A DNA stretch of 64,000 nt from Perna viridis (taxonomy: Eukaryota). Position numbers and translations under genes: made by a program. The notes beneath the pieces are model-generated. The model searched no databases and was not told the DNA's origin. It saw only the letters and a program-made list of their open reading frames with translations. The DNA is taken from the NCBI GenBank assembly GCA_037379345.1, contig CM074515.1, positions 42,475,743-42,539,742 on the forward strand, written 5' to 3'. Below are positions 51,326-64,000 of the stretch, one piece after another; within the stretch, counting starts at the first letter, position 1, and each line of letters starts with the position of its first letter.

Positions 51326-51456
51326 GAACCCTTTATCTTATTCTACTATATAGTTTTAAAAGAAATATTCTGGTCCCCATATTGGTTAAGATGAAATTAA
51401 TATTGATTTAGGCAATATCAAATATTCGACCAGTTAGTCAATAAAAATATGATTGC

Positions 51457-51949
51457 TTAAAGGATGTTCGCCGGGCATGCGTCAATTTTGTCAGATTTTC
51501 GCACTCCACTAGTTTTTTTTCCATTTCATAGCATTTATATTTTTCCAAAGACCCCAACTTTTTTTAATTCCATTAAACACATCTGTTGTAAATTCTGATA
51601 AATATTAACGTCGCATTTTGCGGCGCGGCCGCTTTGTTTGTGACGTGATTTATATATGTAATGTACACTGGAAAATTAAAATCTTGCAATGGTAAACGTC
51701 TCGTTTTTATCCCCTGCTGTAAAGTGACACAACGCGAAGTCTTGACTACGATACAACATCTTAAGATTTATATGGAAAATGTAGAGAAATCCTTTTCCCG
51801 GCAATATTTCAAATGCTTACATCATAAAGGAACACATTGACCCATCTAATTTGTTTTCTTATATTGTTCTAGCATATATAACTGTCTTAAAAGATTTCAC
51901 AACCCTTTTAGATCAGTTATTCTGAAATACACCAGAGAGCATCCTCAAG
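51457..51949. mobile_element. Possible TTAA-type (Kolobok-like) MITE
   Basis: TTAA-AGGATGTTCGCCGG ... CCAGAGAGCATCCT-CAA imperfect TIRs; CpG-rich core GCGGCGCGGCCGC. Confidence 0.4.
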
Positions 51950-53120
51950 TTGTCCATATTGGCCAAGTTATTTGTCCTCGACTAACTAATATGAAAACCT
52001 ACATCATACATAGTATATAAATATTTGCAAGTAGTTTTCAATTCAAATTAAATCAAATCATAAATACAAAAAGACGTTTTTTTTTATTGTTTTGTAATTC
52101 GAAAAAAAAAATATTAAAAATTGTATCAAACAATTTTTCTGGCTACATTACCATGAAGAATTTTATTTCGCAATGAAAGGTATTTTTCAATCAAAAATAT
52201 ATTTTTGCACTATGAAGTCCATACAACAGCGTCAAATACTATTAGCAGCATTATAATAAAATATATGGGAAGAGCTAAATCAAAAAATTAATTGTATAGT
52301 AGTACAACAAGTACTCAAAACCAAATCGATCTAAATTCATCGCCGAGTGCAAGACAATAAGTAAAATGTATATTTTGCAATATGTAACACTTTAAATTTG
52401 ATAAATATGATTGAGAAAATGTGAACTATCGCGACAAATAGAATCCATGAAATCGTACGGTGTCGACAAACGTTAAAGATAATTCGTTCAGCAATTGCCA
52501 TGATGGTTTCTATAAACGCATGGTGATTAGATTTGATCGAATACTTACTTGGTATGAAATAGTCAGTTGATAAAAGTTCTTGAATCTTTTAATGGATTTG
52601 AGTACATGCAGTTTTCCTGCATTCCAAATAAACTCAATATCAAAGGACTGTTCACATCCTTCGAATAGTAATTTGTATACTCAAATGTAAAAGTAACTCC
52701 TTGCGTTCATCGTGGTTGACAACTTATGCCCTTCTTCTAGACTTCGAAACAAATTTAAGTGTTCGTTCCTGAAGTAGCAGTCTTTACAATATTAAAGGAG
52801 GTGATTCATGCATCTCACTTTTATTTTTTTAATTCAGAAACGGTCAAAAACCATATATCGTCTTGTTTTTTTTTTCGGGTGTGCTACTTTTGATTGAGAT
52901 AAAAATTATGAGGATAATACATGACATTTGTAATTTGCAATAGTTGTCGTTCTTCATTTTGTTGAATTATCTAAACAAATTATATATACCAAAAGTGTGG
53001 CACATTTGATACACATTTAATACACATTTGATACATTTTATTTACTTCACCCTTTTGAGAAGAAAGTAAACTAGAAATAGAAACGACGAAAGAAATAAGT
53101 AATACATTTGAAATAACACT

Positions 53121-53384
53121 GGTCTACCCCGGACTTGACTTTTTATCAGCAACTCGGCGGATGTCTCTGGAAAAGCAGAGGACGCTTTACCCTACCGTTG
53201 CACCTGGTCCATGCTCCCGTTTTTTAGTGGAGTCCGAATTCTTCATTTATTTGTTTTTACTTTGTATGTATTATTTTAGTTACTCTATGGTCTTTGTTGT
53301 GTTTGTCTGTTTTCCATGTCTGGTCTTCTTCCCTGGATTATATTCTTTTGATTTGCGTCAGAATCGTGGTTCCCTTGATTATTC
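53121..53384 (+). mobile_element. PLE 3' tail fragment
   Basis: GTCTACCCCGGACTTGACTTTT...GGTTCCCTTGATTATTC. Confidence 0.85.
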
Positions 53385-55609
53385 ATGCAATATTTAGAAA
53401 AATGAATAGATATGATGTAACGCAACACCATCTTATACCTTGTATGAAAGTGGTAAAGACTACAGAGATCCCCCACCTTTAAGTAAGCTATGAAAGGCCC
53501 CGACAAAAAAGTAATAAACCCCAATAATACTTTTCTAAAATAAACTTATACGTCAAATAACGACACGAAGACACATCAATGACTGTGGACAGGCGCATGT
53601 CTGCGATTTGGTTAAAATAGTTGTATAAGGCCTTAACTAACCATCCTCCTTTAAATTTAAGGTCAAAAATAAACTGAAACAACAAATAAACACACCATAA
53701 AATTCACTCAGTAATATACCCAATACTCCTTCATGGAATACCTCAACATACAGACAACATGAGATATCCAATTAAAGAACGCTCCCAGTTACTAAAAGCT
53801 AGGTCAGAACATATTAAAGAATGACAATACAGTCAAAAGTTCCAGCATTAGAAATATTCGGTCACTAAAATTCCAGTAAACACAATTTAGAGTAGTAAAT
53901 TTAAGTACTGAATAGGAAGGATTTGATGTAGTGCAATACTAGAAAATGACTTAGCTTTTTTTACATAGGATTGCAAATAAGGATTGTTATCTGTATTTGT
54001 AAATATAGGGTTCAAAGAATAGAAAATGATTGGAAAATCGTATCCATTACGAATAAATCTACTAAGGCAGTTGATAAATAATTGGGTTTCGTTTGACAGC
54101 TTGCTTAAAAGTCTATATTTCCATTTGAAAAACTGGAAGAGCAACACCATCTTAAATTAATTACCTGCAAGAGCTATCATATTTTTGTATCAAACTTTTG
54201 TAACGGTAAAAAAAAACTTAGTAAATGTTTTTAATAGTTTGTGAAATCGATATCCTTGGTACAAAAGTTTTTCTGTGAGGAATCTGTTGCGTTCATTGAA
54301 ATCTGACACTTAATTACAAATACGAGCAAACCGCACCAGTTGTGAAATGTAAATACCATAGGAAGGCGCTTCGGGAATATCACTATATTGGAGTTAAAGT
54401 CGTCTTGTTTGTCATAAAAATTTGTATGAAGGATGCTATTTTTAAAAGTAACACACTTTTTGATTGGATAAAAAAATTGTGACCACCATCTAATAGACGA
54501 AGTTCATTTCAAGCATATATACATAAATACTTAAATAAGCCCTGTCACATACATTGGGTCTCATCTTATGTCCTAGTAGACTAGGGACGACTAATCTACG
54601 TGCTGAGTAGTTCCATAACTTCCGTATTTGTACAGCATTTCACTTCCTTCCTGTCAGAATTAGACCTTGGTGAATATAACGGTAAAGGATAAATTCATAT
54701 AGATTACGGTTATATATTAGTGAATACCCTACATGGATCGGTGATTATTTGTATATGTACATATTCTTTTCTGTGAAATAAATGAAAAGAAAATATTACT
54801 TCTTTCGAATTTTGTTCATCTGAAATTTATAGTGACTATTAATGTCTGCATCTTCATTTATCTCTCAGATACAAATAAAATTAATTATAGAATAGAATGT
54901 TGTAAAACTCAGGAATATTTCATAGCTTCAATGCAATGAAATAAGCGAAACTTTTTATTGATGAAACACCTTTCAATATACAGAAATATGTTATATAGTG
55001 CAGATCAATGATGATAGAAATTAAATCATTTAAGAGTTCGTAAAAAAACACACATACTACAGTATTTACGCGCACTTTTTATTTCAACTAGTCTTTACCT
55101 TTTTCTAATCATGTTATCTTTGTATTATTTACAAATGCCTGATTCTTATGTTGTCTTTTAGATAAAACCAACTGTTACGACATAATCTACCTGAGGACCG
55201 AAAATCAATTTACCACAGTGATTTACTAGGGTAAATAGTTTCTGCGATCACTGTCACGTGACCTTTCAGAGGCCACTGAGTACATTATATGAAACGTTTA
55301 AAGGGACTTGATCGTTCTTACTATTATACAATCTTTCAAAGCACTCCATTAATATATTTGTGTACGAGAGTTCAGTTCGTTCGTCTTCGTAATATCTATA
55401 AAACAAAAAAAAAGTATTATTATGTCAAATCTTCTGATTAAGGATAAACCATTTAAGGCATATAATACAATAATGCAATCCATACTTAAAATCGAGGGCG
55501 TTCTCGTTATGTGGGCTTTAAACTTAGTTCATTCATACTGGAAAGCACATTATCCTCTAGAAAACATTTACAGTTGCCAAACATATGAATGAACCAGACT
55601 GAGTGCCAT

Positions 55610-55775
55610 GGATTGCAGGTGCACTCATTTTTAGTGGAGTCTGGGTTACTCTGTTACTGTTGTTTCTTTGTACGTGTAATTTTGGTTTTTTCATGGTTTT
55701 GTTATATGTTTGTATATTTGCTGTCTAGTAGTTATTCTTGCTTTATAGACCGATTTCTCACTGGTTCCCTTGATT
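55610..55775 (+). mobile_element. Older, diverged PLE 3' tail
   Basis: TTTTTAGTGGAGTCTGGGTTACT...GGTTCCCTTGATT. Confidence 0.6.
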
Positions 55776-55826
55776 TCCCCTTGACAAGAGTAGGCTATTA
55801 TTTAATAGTTTTCAATGTATAAGTGA

Positions 55827-56020
55827 AAGAGTAATCAAGGAACCAAGGTTACAGCGGTAATCAAAAGAATGTAACCCGAGGACAAAGACCAGACATGTAA
55901 AACAGACATACACAACAAAAAGTAACTAAAATCAAACATACAAAGTAACAAAAGCAAATGAGCAACTCGGACTCCACTAAAAACTAGGAGCATGGACCAG
56001 GTGCACCGGTAGGGCAAGGG
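55827..56020 (-). mobile_element. PLE 3' tail fragment
   Basis: AAGAGTAATCAAGGAACC...GGTGCACCGGTAGGG. Confidence 0.85.
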
Positions 56021-58569
56021 TCCTTTGCTTAATATATATGAATTTCATATATTTCTTGGTGTTGTATGAATTAAAGAAATGCTATTACATTTTTAAATTT
56101 TTCAAGTATTCAGTTTATACAGAATAGAATAGAACGTTTTTTAAGCCGTCAGCGGAAAATGAAACGCAACCTGCACGATCATCTGATTCATTCCATATGT
56201 GTATCACAAGTAACCAGCTTTGTGATTGGATAAACAATTTGGTCCATCATCTCATAGACAAATTTTGTAATGTGACTATGACGTCGTCAACAGTTTTTTA
56301 TATAATCGATTGTTTGCTTATTCAGTTTAACTTTATTTTATTTTTACTTTTAATTTTATTTTAAAGACGTTTGACTTTATTGCCAATATCCGTCTGTGCG
56401 TCCACATCCTTTACGATGACTCAAGAAAGTTATCTTTTCTTGATTTTTGCATTAGTACATTGAACCGGTATATACTTGAAAGAACTATTTTGTTTTTGTG
56501 TTAAATATATCGTGTCAGAATTTCATGTCTTAAACGCCAAAATCAAAGTGTCGATTCTTAGGCGGACGTCTGTTCAGTTATTTTTATCTGTCTTTAATTT
56601 CATATTCTTTTTAAACAAAGGACCTAACTTTTTAAATCTTTTAACAAAATTATTGATTTCTGGTTGCTATAACAATCTTTTCTATTTCAAACTCGGTAAC
56701 CATTAGAACAGATCTGAAATTAAAACTTTCACCACCCACGTCATATATTTACATTTGAAATATTATCAACTTTTTGTTGTCAATTATGTATTTATACCAT
56801 AAATATACCTGTAGACAAAGTAACGAAGTAAAAATACAAAACATAATTTAGAATGAGAAAGAAACTAACATTTTCTGAAAAATTAAAGCTTTTGAAATAA
56901 ATGAACGATTCCTTAGTATAACATAGCAATAATCTGATTACTGGCTACCCGTTTAGCTATATTGTATCTAAGATAACAAGACTTTCAGAATATTTTGATT
57001 AATTACCCAAACTTACCACTTCAGTATACAAAATGCTACTTTTTACTTTTATATGTTTACAAATCAGTTGGCGAAAAATAAAAACACTAAAGAAACAAAA
57101 TGCACTTTAAAACGTAGTGGGCGTATTGTAAGCATCCTAAAAATAATCATCAAAATAAAGAGCAGAAAAAAGTCCCCAATTAATGTTGCAGATTTACAAC
57201 TTGAAACGTGCTCCACAAAGCAACATTTATTATTTATTTTTCGGTATCTATTTCCTTCTAATTAAAAGCATGTATACAAATCAGTTATTAATATTTGTTT
57301 ATTTCAATTAGTATATTACATTTTCAATGTCATTTTGTACTTGAAAGCCTTGTACAATCTAACAATTGTCATAAATATAATGTTCAATATTCTAATGTGA
57401 ATAGTAACTCTCACGAATTCATGTTTTGTTTATACGCTTGTACACATATCTGAAGCTATGAATCATTTCGGTAAATCACCAATGCCAGCATTAACACTAC
57501 AAAGCTTGTCAGTGTCAATTTTGATTTCTTTAGACTTTATTTTTCCTACTTGCCAAGCAAGGCATGCTAGAAAACATGTATTTGGACTACGTGTTCAAGA
57601 AGCGAATATGCTTGATTAAAATAAATCTGATCGACTTTTAGAAAGTTCATGATTAAAGTTGTAATGGCGCGTGCGATTTCGAACTTCTACAAACACCATT
57701 AAAACAAATAAGAAGTATGTCATTTTGTGGAATGAATTATATTTATCCTATGAATATCAGTGAATTTTGGAATGTTTCTTGTGTAACTTAAATATTTCGA
57801 TAATGCACACTTGAAATATGGACTTGGACCCACTTTCACCCCATCCCGGCCAATATGTCTTAAAACTCTTCTCGTGCACTGTGACCCTAACTTTTTTGAC
57901 ATAATATCAATTCGTCAATAACAAAATAAGCCAGGTAATGTCTTAAAACAAGTGCAAAAATTAGAAACATTCCATATAAGAGTTAACTTCTAATTGATTC
58001 AAAGCAAACTGGTTCGTTTTCAAAACTTTATTTTCTTTGGGATTATTTGAATCGTGGTGTGTGGACCAATCGACGTTAATGACGTTACAGCGCCAAAGTA
58101 AGTTGTACAAAATAACTTTGTTTTGCTCAAAAAAGAACCAACCAATCAGCAAGTTTGTTTCAAATCGAATTAAATTATTCGAAAATAACAATAATTGTTG
58201 AGAAGGCCTATTTAACAAACGTCATTATAGACTGATAAACTAAATAAAACTGAGCCGATAACGCTTAAAGATTCCGACTTCCGCACGCTTGCTAAATTTG
58301 TTTATGTCTTTCATCACTCGAAATCATATTTTGGTTATTCGGTATATATCTCTCATACAGAAAGCGGTATTGGTTTAATGAAGTATTTTATTGTGATCTC
58401 TTATGAAGGGCGATATGTTTTATATTTGGCGTTGTTATTTTGAAATTGCTAACTTTTGATATGTTCAATACTAAGATTTAGAGTTTAAAGTTGCATAGCC
58501 ATGGATACATGTATGCTCAGCTTTTGTTGCTTCCATCACTATCACTACTGAACTTCACTGATCGTTATT

Positions 58570-58856
58570 ACAATGTAACGGATGCCGCTGAATCAACAGA
58601 CCACACTTACCCTTCAGGGGCACCTGATGTCACTCTCAATTTTTCGTTAGAATTCATATTGCAGATATTTTGGGTCTTTGTGTGTGCTTCATTATTTCCC
58701 TATCTTTTGTTTTAAACATATTAGTAATTGTATTTTATTATGTTGTCTTCATTGTGTATGTGGATCATCCCGGACAAAGTAACAAAAATAAATGACTCCA
58801 ACTCGGACTCAACACAAAACTGGGAGCTTAGACCATGTGAACCGGTAGGGTAAGCA
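58570..58856. mobile_element. Two PLE tail remnants in convergent orientation
   Basis: Plus strand CTTACCCTTCAGGGGCACCTGA (diverged, ~58607); minus strand ACAAAGTAACAAAA...ACCGGTAGGGTAAGC (58774-58856). Confidence 0.6.
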
Positions 58857-59301
58857 AAGACGCTTTTATGATTGAACATTGTACCTTAGTTTTTTTCATT
58901 CAAAATAGTAGGCTAATAACAGCATAAAATGCAATGAGTCTTAAACGAATACAATATTTGCTACGACCCGATCATGTCTCTTGAAATGGAAATATTTTTA
59001 CAACTCTTGAATGGTATGAACTTCATATATCAATGAAAGACATTATTCAACTTCCGCATCCCCATTCCAAATATAATCTCCATTTGATTTTCAAACATTA
59101 AAACAATAAATCTTTTGACTAAATATAATTTATACGTGAATAAAAAATTGCTAAACCGGTTTCCCCATATTCCTCATCCTGATATCCAATGCTCCTATCT
59201 AAACGAAATATTCATTCGTTATCTCTATTTCCCATCCCCATATCATGTTTTCCCGAGACCTGGAAATATGTAGTAGAAAAAGGAATGGATAATGGTGAAA
59301 T

Positions 59302-59445
59302 TGTATCAATCTGCGCCATGAAAACAGATTTGCTCAACGTGTCATAGTTTTTCTTTCCTCTTTTGTCTACCTCAGACGACTTTTTATGAGCAACTCGGTG
59401 GGTGTTTCTAGAAAAGCAGAGGACACTTACCCTACCGGTGCACCA
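59302..59445 (+). mobile_element. PLE fragment covering the last RT codons and the start of the tail
   Basis: VSICAMKTDLLNVS* then GAGCAACTCGGTGGGTGTTTCTAGAAAAGCAGAGGAC. Confidence 0.8.
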
Positions 59446-59530
59446 AAAAGTTTTCAATAAATGTTGAAGTGACTTAAGCTATAAAAGTTAGATGAACAAG
59501 AGCAAATGCAACGTTTATAGTGCTATTACA

Positions 59531-59590
59531 TAAGGTAAGGCTATCAGAAATAAGGTAAGGCTATCAGAAATAAGGTAAGGCTAACAGAAA
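59531..59590. repeat. 20-bp tandem repeat, 3 copies (TAAGGTAAGGCTATCAGAAA)
   Basis: Seen directly. Confidence 0.95.
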
Positions 59591-60297
59591 TCTATGTATT
59601 TTGAATTTTCTGCTAATCCATACCTGCCAAGTTATCAGTTGATTTTGTCATCAAAGACATAAAGATTAAGAAACAGGAATACTATATTTTGCAGTAAGAA
59701 AGCTAAAATTAGAAAAGACAATGGTTAAAACAAGACAAGCAAGTTAATAAGCACAGGCATCAATAATTTCATTAATTTCATAAAAATTCCTACCTTGCTT
59801 ACTTGTCCGGAGCATCTTTTTTTGTGGGAGTTCATATTGTGAGTGCTTTAGATTTTTTCCTGTGATGTCTTTTTTCCCTTATCTTTAGTTTTATGTGTTC
59901 TTTTTTAGGTTCGTTTATGTAGAACGTCTCTGTTTCATATTATTACGTTTTTTACGTATTTGAATCATCACTTCAGTATTTTTTGCCGATATATATCTAT
60001 TCATGTCAGACTAAATTATTAAAGATTATTTTAATCGGGTAATATTGACAATCCATTTTTGTAGATACAGGGCATTCAAAATACCGGTTACCTGGTTTTC
60101 TTTCCAAAATACACATAGATAAGGGGAACATGAATTTGTTAAAACGTTCGTTTAAATCTGTCCTGCATATTTTTATGTATATCACTTAAAATCCTAATAA
60201 AACATAAAAAAATACAAATTAAAAATATAACAACACATAATAAAACAAAAATCAAAACAAAGCTTAACTTTTCATGGTAACATTTATATGTATAAAA

Positions 60298-60444
60298 GAT
60301 TCCAAGGACAAAGACTAGAGAGGAAAAATAGATACACACAACAAAAAGCATGAAATAACCACAATAACATGTACAAAGAAACAAAGGTAAATGAGCAACC
60401 TGGAATCCACTAAAAACTGGGAGCACCAGGTGCACCGGTAGGGT
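60298..60444 (-). mobile_element. Diverged PLE 3' tail fragment
   Basis: AAATGAGCAACCTGGAATCCACTAAAAACTGGGAGCACCAGGTGCACCGGTAGGG. Confidence 0.75.
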
Positions 60445-60750
60445 GATTGTTCTCATCTCTTCTGTTTAACATTTTACGTTGTAAAATTTTACGTTATGAG
60501 TAGTCGAAAAGAACATAAAAAAATCGGTTCTCAAACTAAAACTAGCATGTTCTTATATACCAAAATAAGCTTAATTGGTCAACAAACTGAAATAGATAAA
60601 GCAGGTCCATTACTGCGCTTTAACTTTTTTATTTATAATAAATAGAACCAGTATCGATTGACAAATTAGGGTCCGATAAGGTAGTTTTGTGTTTTTTTAA
60701 ACTGATACCTTGAAACCTGGCAAAACTAATCCCTAAATAACCCGAAAACA

Positions 60751-61019
60751 CTACAAAAGTTTCATCGTAGTCATCATGAACTCGTGGATCGTTACGGTGT
60801 ACCCATCTGCGCCATTAAAACTGATTTGTTGAAGGTGTCATAGTTTTCTTTCCTCTGTCGTCTACCCGGGACTTGACTTTTTTATGAGCAACTCGGCGGT
60901 TGATTCTAGAAAAGCGGAGGACGCTTACCCTACCGGTGCACCTGGTCCATGCTCCCAGTTTTTAGTGGAGTCCGAGTTCTTCATTTGCTTTTGTTATTTT
61001 GGTTCCCTTGATTACTCTT
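60751..61019 (+). mobile_element. PLE RT C-terminus with natural stop and internally deleted tail
   Basis: LQKFHRSHHELVDRYGVPICAIKTDLLKVS* (TAG 60841-60843), then tail ending GGTTCCCTTGATTACTCTT. Confidence 0.85.
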
Positions 61020-61030
61020 CCAAGAAATAT

Positions 61031-61296
61031 ATTTTTCCGATGCAGTCGGTATAGTTTCGCTTTTTACCCTTTGACCTTAAAGACGCTCCTCTATGGAAAT
61101 GCAAGTCACCTGATCGCAAATCTGTTTTTGGATAGGCCAAATACTGACAACTCAGTGACGTTCGAAAAAAAAACTGTATAACAATTTAAAATTGCGTGGC
61201 ATGTGTTATTTCATTGAATGAAATGTTGAAAAATATTAGTAAAAAGAAAACATTTTACTGCGTCGGCTATCTTTTTTAAAGATAATAATTGTTTTA
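61031..61296. mobile_element. Dispersed ~265-bp repeat, copy 2
   Basis: Homologous to 9950-10215. Confidence 0.75.
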
Positions 61297-61299
61297 TCT

Positions 61300-61800
61300 A
61301 TAAATGCCATATTTTTAGTGAAACAACAATGTATAATGTTTTTAAGTCGAGTTTTAACTGCGCACTGGGAAAAGAAGTATACAATGTCGAAAAATCGTAG
61401 GTTTTAATGCTATTATATTCTGAAAAAAATCTTGAATTGAGGGTCTCCAGAAGATCTTTCGAATTTTTCTGGATCCACATTGAATTAACATCACTACGGG
61501 AGTAAGGAGTGTTGTGGTAGGACCGCAGACCCTCTTTGACAGCTGTGAGTATAGAACCTAAAAGTTTTTAAAGAGGTTTGTTGGTACATTTTGCAGATCC
61601 AGCTATATAACGTTGTTTGTATGAATTCTTGTGGAGTTTAAGAATCTAGTACATAGAAGGTAAATCACAATCATCGTCGTTGATAGAGACCGAAAGAGGA
61701 TAACACAGATTTATGGGTTTCCACTATCTCTTCTTTGGAGAGTGTAGTGGCAATATAGGTCTTATCACTGCTATTATTTTCTACGTCTATAATTCTTTAC
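61300..61800 (-). pseudogene. Penelope-like element RT N-terminal/core fragment
   Basis: DLPSMY*ILKLHKNSYKQRYIAGSAKCTNKPL*KLL...NSMWIQKNSKDLL...SIKTYDFSTLYT shows the PLE RT motifs (Y.xPKLHK, R.I, DF.TLYT) with two in-frame stops and a frameshift. Confidence 0.88.
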
Positions 61801-62649
61801 AATCTTCAATTTTCAGCTCACTAAAATTTGTGATTTTTTTTTTAATTCTTGGACCAAGTCCATGAATATAACTACGATAGGTATGTGGTGAAAATGAGGA
61901 ATCATTGATTGGAAGTGAAGGTAGATCACACTTAATTTTTCTAGTAGATAAATTTTCTTAGATTTTTCTGAATAAGCATACTTTAGAATTTAGGTCACCA
62001 AACTTGATTTTGAGATAATTGAGCCTTATTAAAGCCAATATTCTACTACATTGTTTTTGATTATGTAGGGAATTATTTAGCCAACTTCTAAAAAACTGGG
62101 AGATAGAATTTATTATAACTTTATATTAAGAACACTTAACTGACATTCTTTCATATTTCAAAATGAAAATTGGGTCAACGAACTCTATTTTTTGCAATAT
62201 TAAAACACTACAATTCCCTATACATTTCAATAGAACATTTTCACACCAATTACCTCCCCTTTGAAAGAAAGTTCCCGTCAATTATCTTACCTTGAGGGAG
62301 GTTTTTAATTTTACCACTCCAATATTTTATTTTAAAAAAACAAAACATTTGAAATAATTTATACATATTATTTTACATCATTTCAAACACTATTAGTTAA
62401 TTGAAAATACATGTATTTGTATGATTTTGCAAGATTATATAAATGAATGCTCCGTGTAATAGGTATGATCTACCTTAAATTTAATAGAGCATTGAATTCG
62501 CGTGGATGTTGAAGCAAGCCAAAATCAGAGGCGTGGAATATTTGAGGAGTTAGCGACTTTTAAGACTTCAGTCTTTGATTTAAAATAAGGAGAGAGCGTC
62601 AACGACGTCACATAGATGCCACGAAACATGAATGGCTCAAAAATATATA

Positions 62650-63090
62650 TTACGTCGGAAGTGTCGTACCATTTCGGAAATGACGTATGCAGTAAGGAAG
62701 TGTTTGTTTGAACTTTTACGCAGAAGCACAGCATATGTTATAAGAAGTCTCACATGTTCTCGTTTTTCGCAAAGTTAAATGTTATTAGAGTGCAAATTAC
62801 TTCGTCCTTCATACCTATTTATCATGCTAGGGACGGACCGTCATCGACTTTCTATATGCACTGTATGTAGACGCTCTGAAATACGATTTGCTCAAAGTGG
62901 TTCTGTCGGAAGTGACGTATTTCGAAGATGACGTAGTTAGGAAATTATTGTTTGAACTTTTAACGCACACGCTATTTATGTGTTATAGGCAGTCTCGCAT
63001 ATTCCATTTGGTGGAGACATATGCAATATAACAACACTGCGGTGCACTATGATCTTCTATGAGTACAAATAGCTCCGTCCCTCATAGGCA
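62650..63090. repeat. Diverged direct duplication (~250-bp offset) rich in CGGAAGT and TGACGT motifs
   Basis: CGGAAGTGTCGT (62656) / CGGAAGTGACGT (62907), each followed by TGTTTGAACTTTT and AGTCTC.CAT blocks. Confidence 0.65.
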
Positions 63091-63757
63091 AAGCTTAAAA
63101 TCACATTATGTTGACAATGATTCCAGGTGCAAAAATATATCACACCTTTGTACACCACTTCGTCAAAATAAACGCCCTTAATTAACTCTTTATCAATAAG
63201 CATGTACAAAAATGCAAACATGTTTTAACTTGACATGCACCGAAGAATTTTAGTTTATTACATGTACGATATGCCTGTAGTGTTTGGTGCCTATTTTAAA
63301 GTAAGTTAACCATGTGGATATCAAATTGTCATCTATAGCAGTTCTTGTCGTGTTCTGACGTCATAGACATTAATATAATGGTTACCTTAGTTCCTTTTTT
63401 TCTCACACGTCGCGACTTTTGCTACTCATTCATACCAGTAACTGATCTAGTGTTTTTGTTTGAATTTTTTTTCCAAAGAGTCAAAGATTCATTATGTATT
63501 ATCATTAGCATTTAATTAAAAACATCGTCCTTTACCTTGATTTTGATTAGTTTTGTATTTTTGTTCTTTATTTCTTATAGAATATAAATTATGAACTTTG
63601 AAAGTACAATATACATGTACTGTATACATAATCATATATTAGGGCCTCATGAGTACATTATTGTTAAATAAAGTCGTTTACAATAGCTGTGACAAACTAA
63701 ATATGGCCAGAAATCAATTTATGTCTATGTATCAAATAGGACTCCAGCAGAAAGCAA

Positions 63758-63935
63758 CAGTGGCTGATCCAGAAGCGATGGTAAGGGTCTGTGGTCGGAA
63801 CCCTTCTCTTGTCGGTAAATTTCGTTAAGTCCGTGCAAAATTATGGCTAAAATGAGGAAATAATAGACTGGAAGTCCCTTTTTCTGAAACCCCAATGGAA
63901 TAAACTCCATTTGCGGAATTTCTTAGTCCGCCCTG
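63758..63935. mobile_element. Diverged GGATCC-TIR MITE
   Basis: CAGTGGCTGATCCAG ... TAGTCCGCCCTG; most of the ORF at 63725-63910 lies inside it. Confidence 0.5.
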
Positions 63936-64000
63936 ATGAATCTTTAAGACGTCCTATTTAAAAAAAAAAAAAAATCTGATTCTTTTTTTCCACGAGACAA

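Noticed and set aside
57720-58218. ORFs vaguely resembling LINE endonuclease or linker motifs
   Set aside because: Motif matches are too poor; catalytic residues absent

Overview
AT-rich, repeat-dense animal genomic DNA. It is probably from a bivalve mollusc, inferred only from the repeat families present. The window is mostly intergenic or intronic and contains no convincing intact protein-coding gene; most short ORFs are chance frames or lie inside repeats. Supported content: (1) a ~62-bp hairpin-forming satellite at 1-1260; (2) about 14 fragments of a Penelope-like retroelement (PLE), including decayed RT core and RT C-terminal pieces and many 5'-truncated copies sharing one 3' end; (3) two copies of a ~0.5-kb SINE-like element with a precisely shared, structured 5' head; (4) several non-autonomous DNA-transposon/MITE families (TTAA Kolobok-like, TA Tc1/pogo-like, GGATCC-TIR, Helentron-like), some of which seed minisatellites; (5) a 155-bp periodic hairpin; (6) a near-perfect pair of interlocked inverted duplications at 33.9-35.4 kb; (7) a few isolated candidate exons and decayed coding remnants. 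I cannot demonstrate a new biological system. The best leads are the structured SINE head (candidate ribozyme or cis-element), the periodic hairpin, the interlocked inverted duplication and an unidentified decayed ORF at 46.8-47.5 kb.
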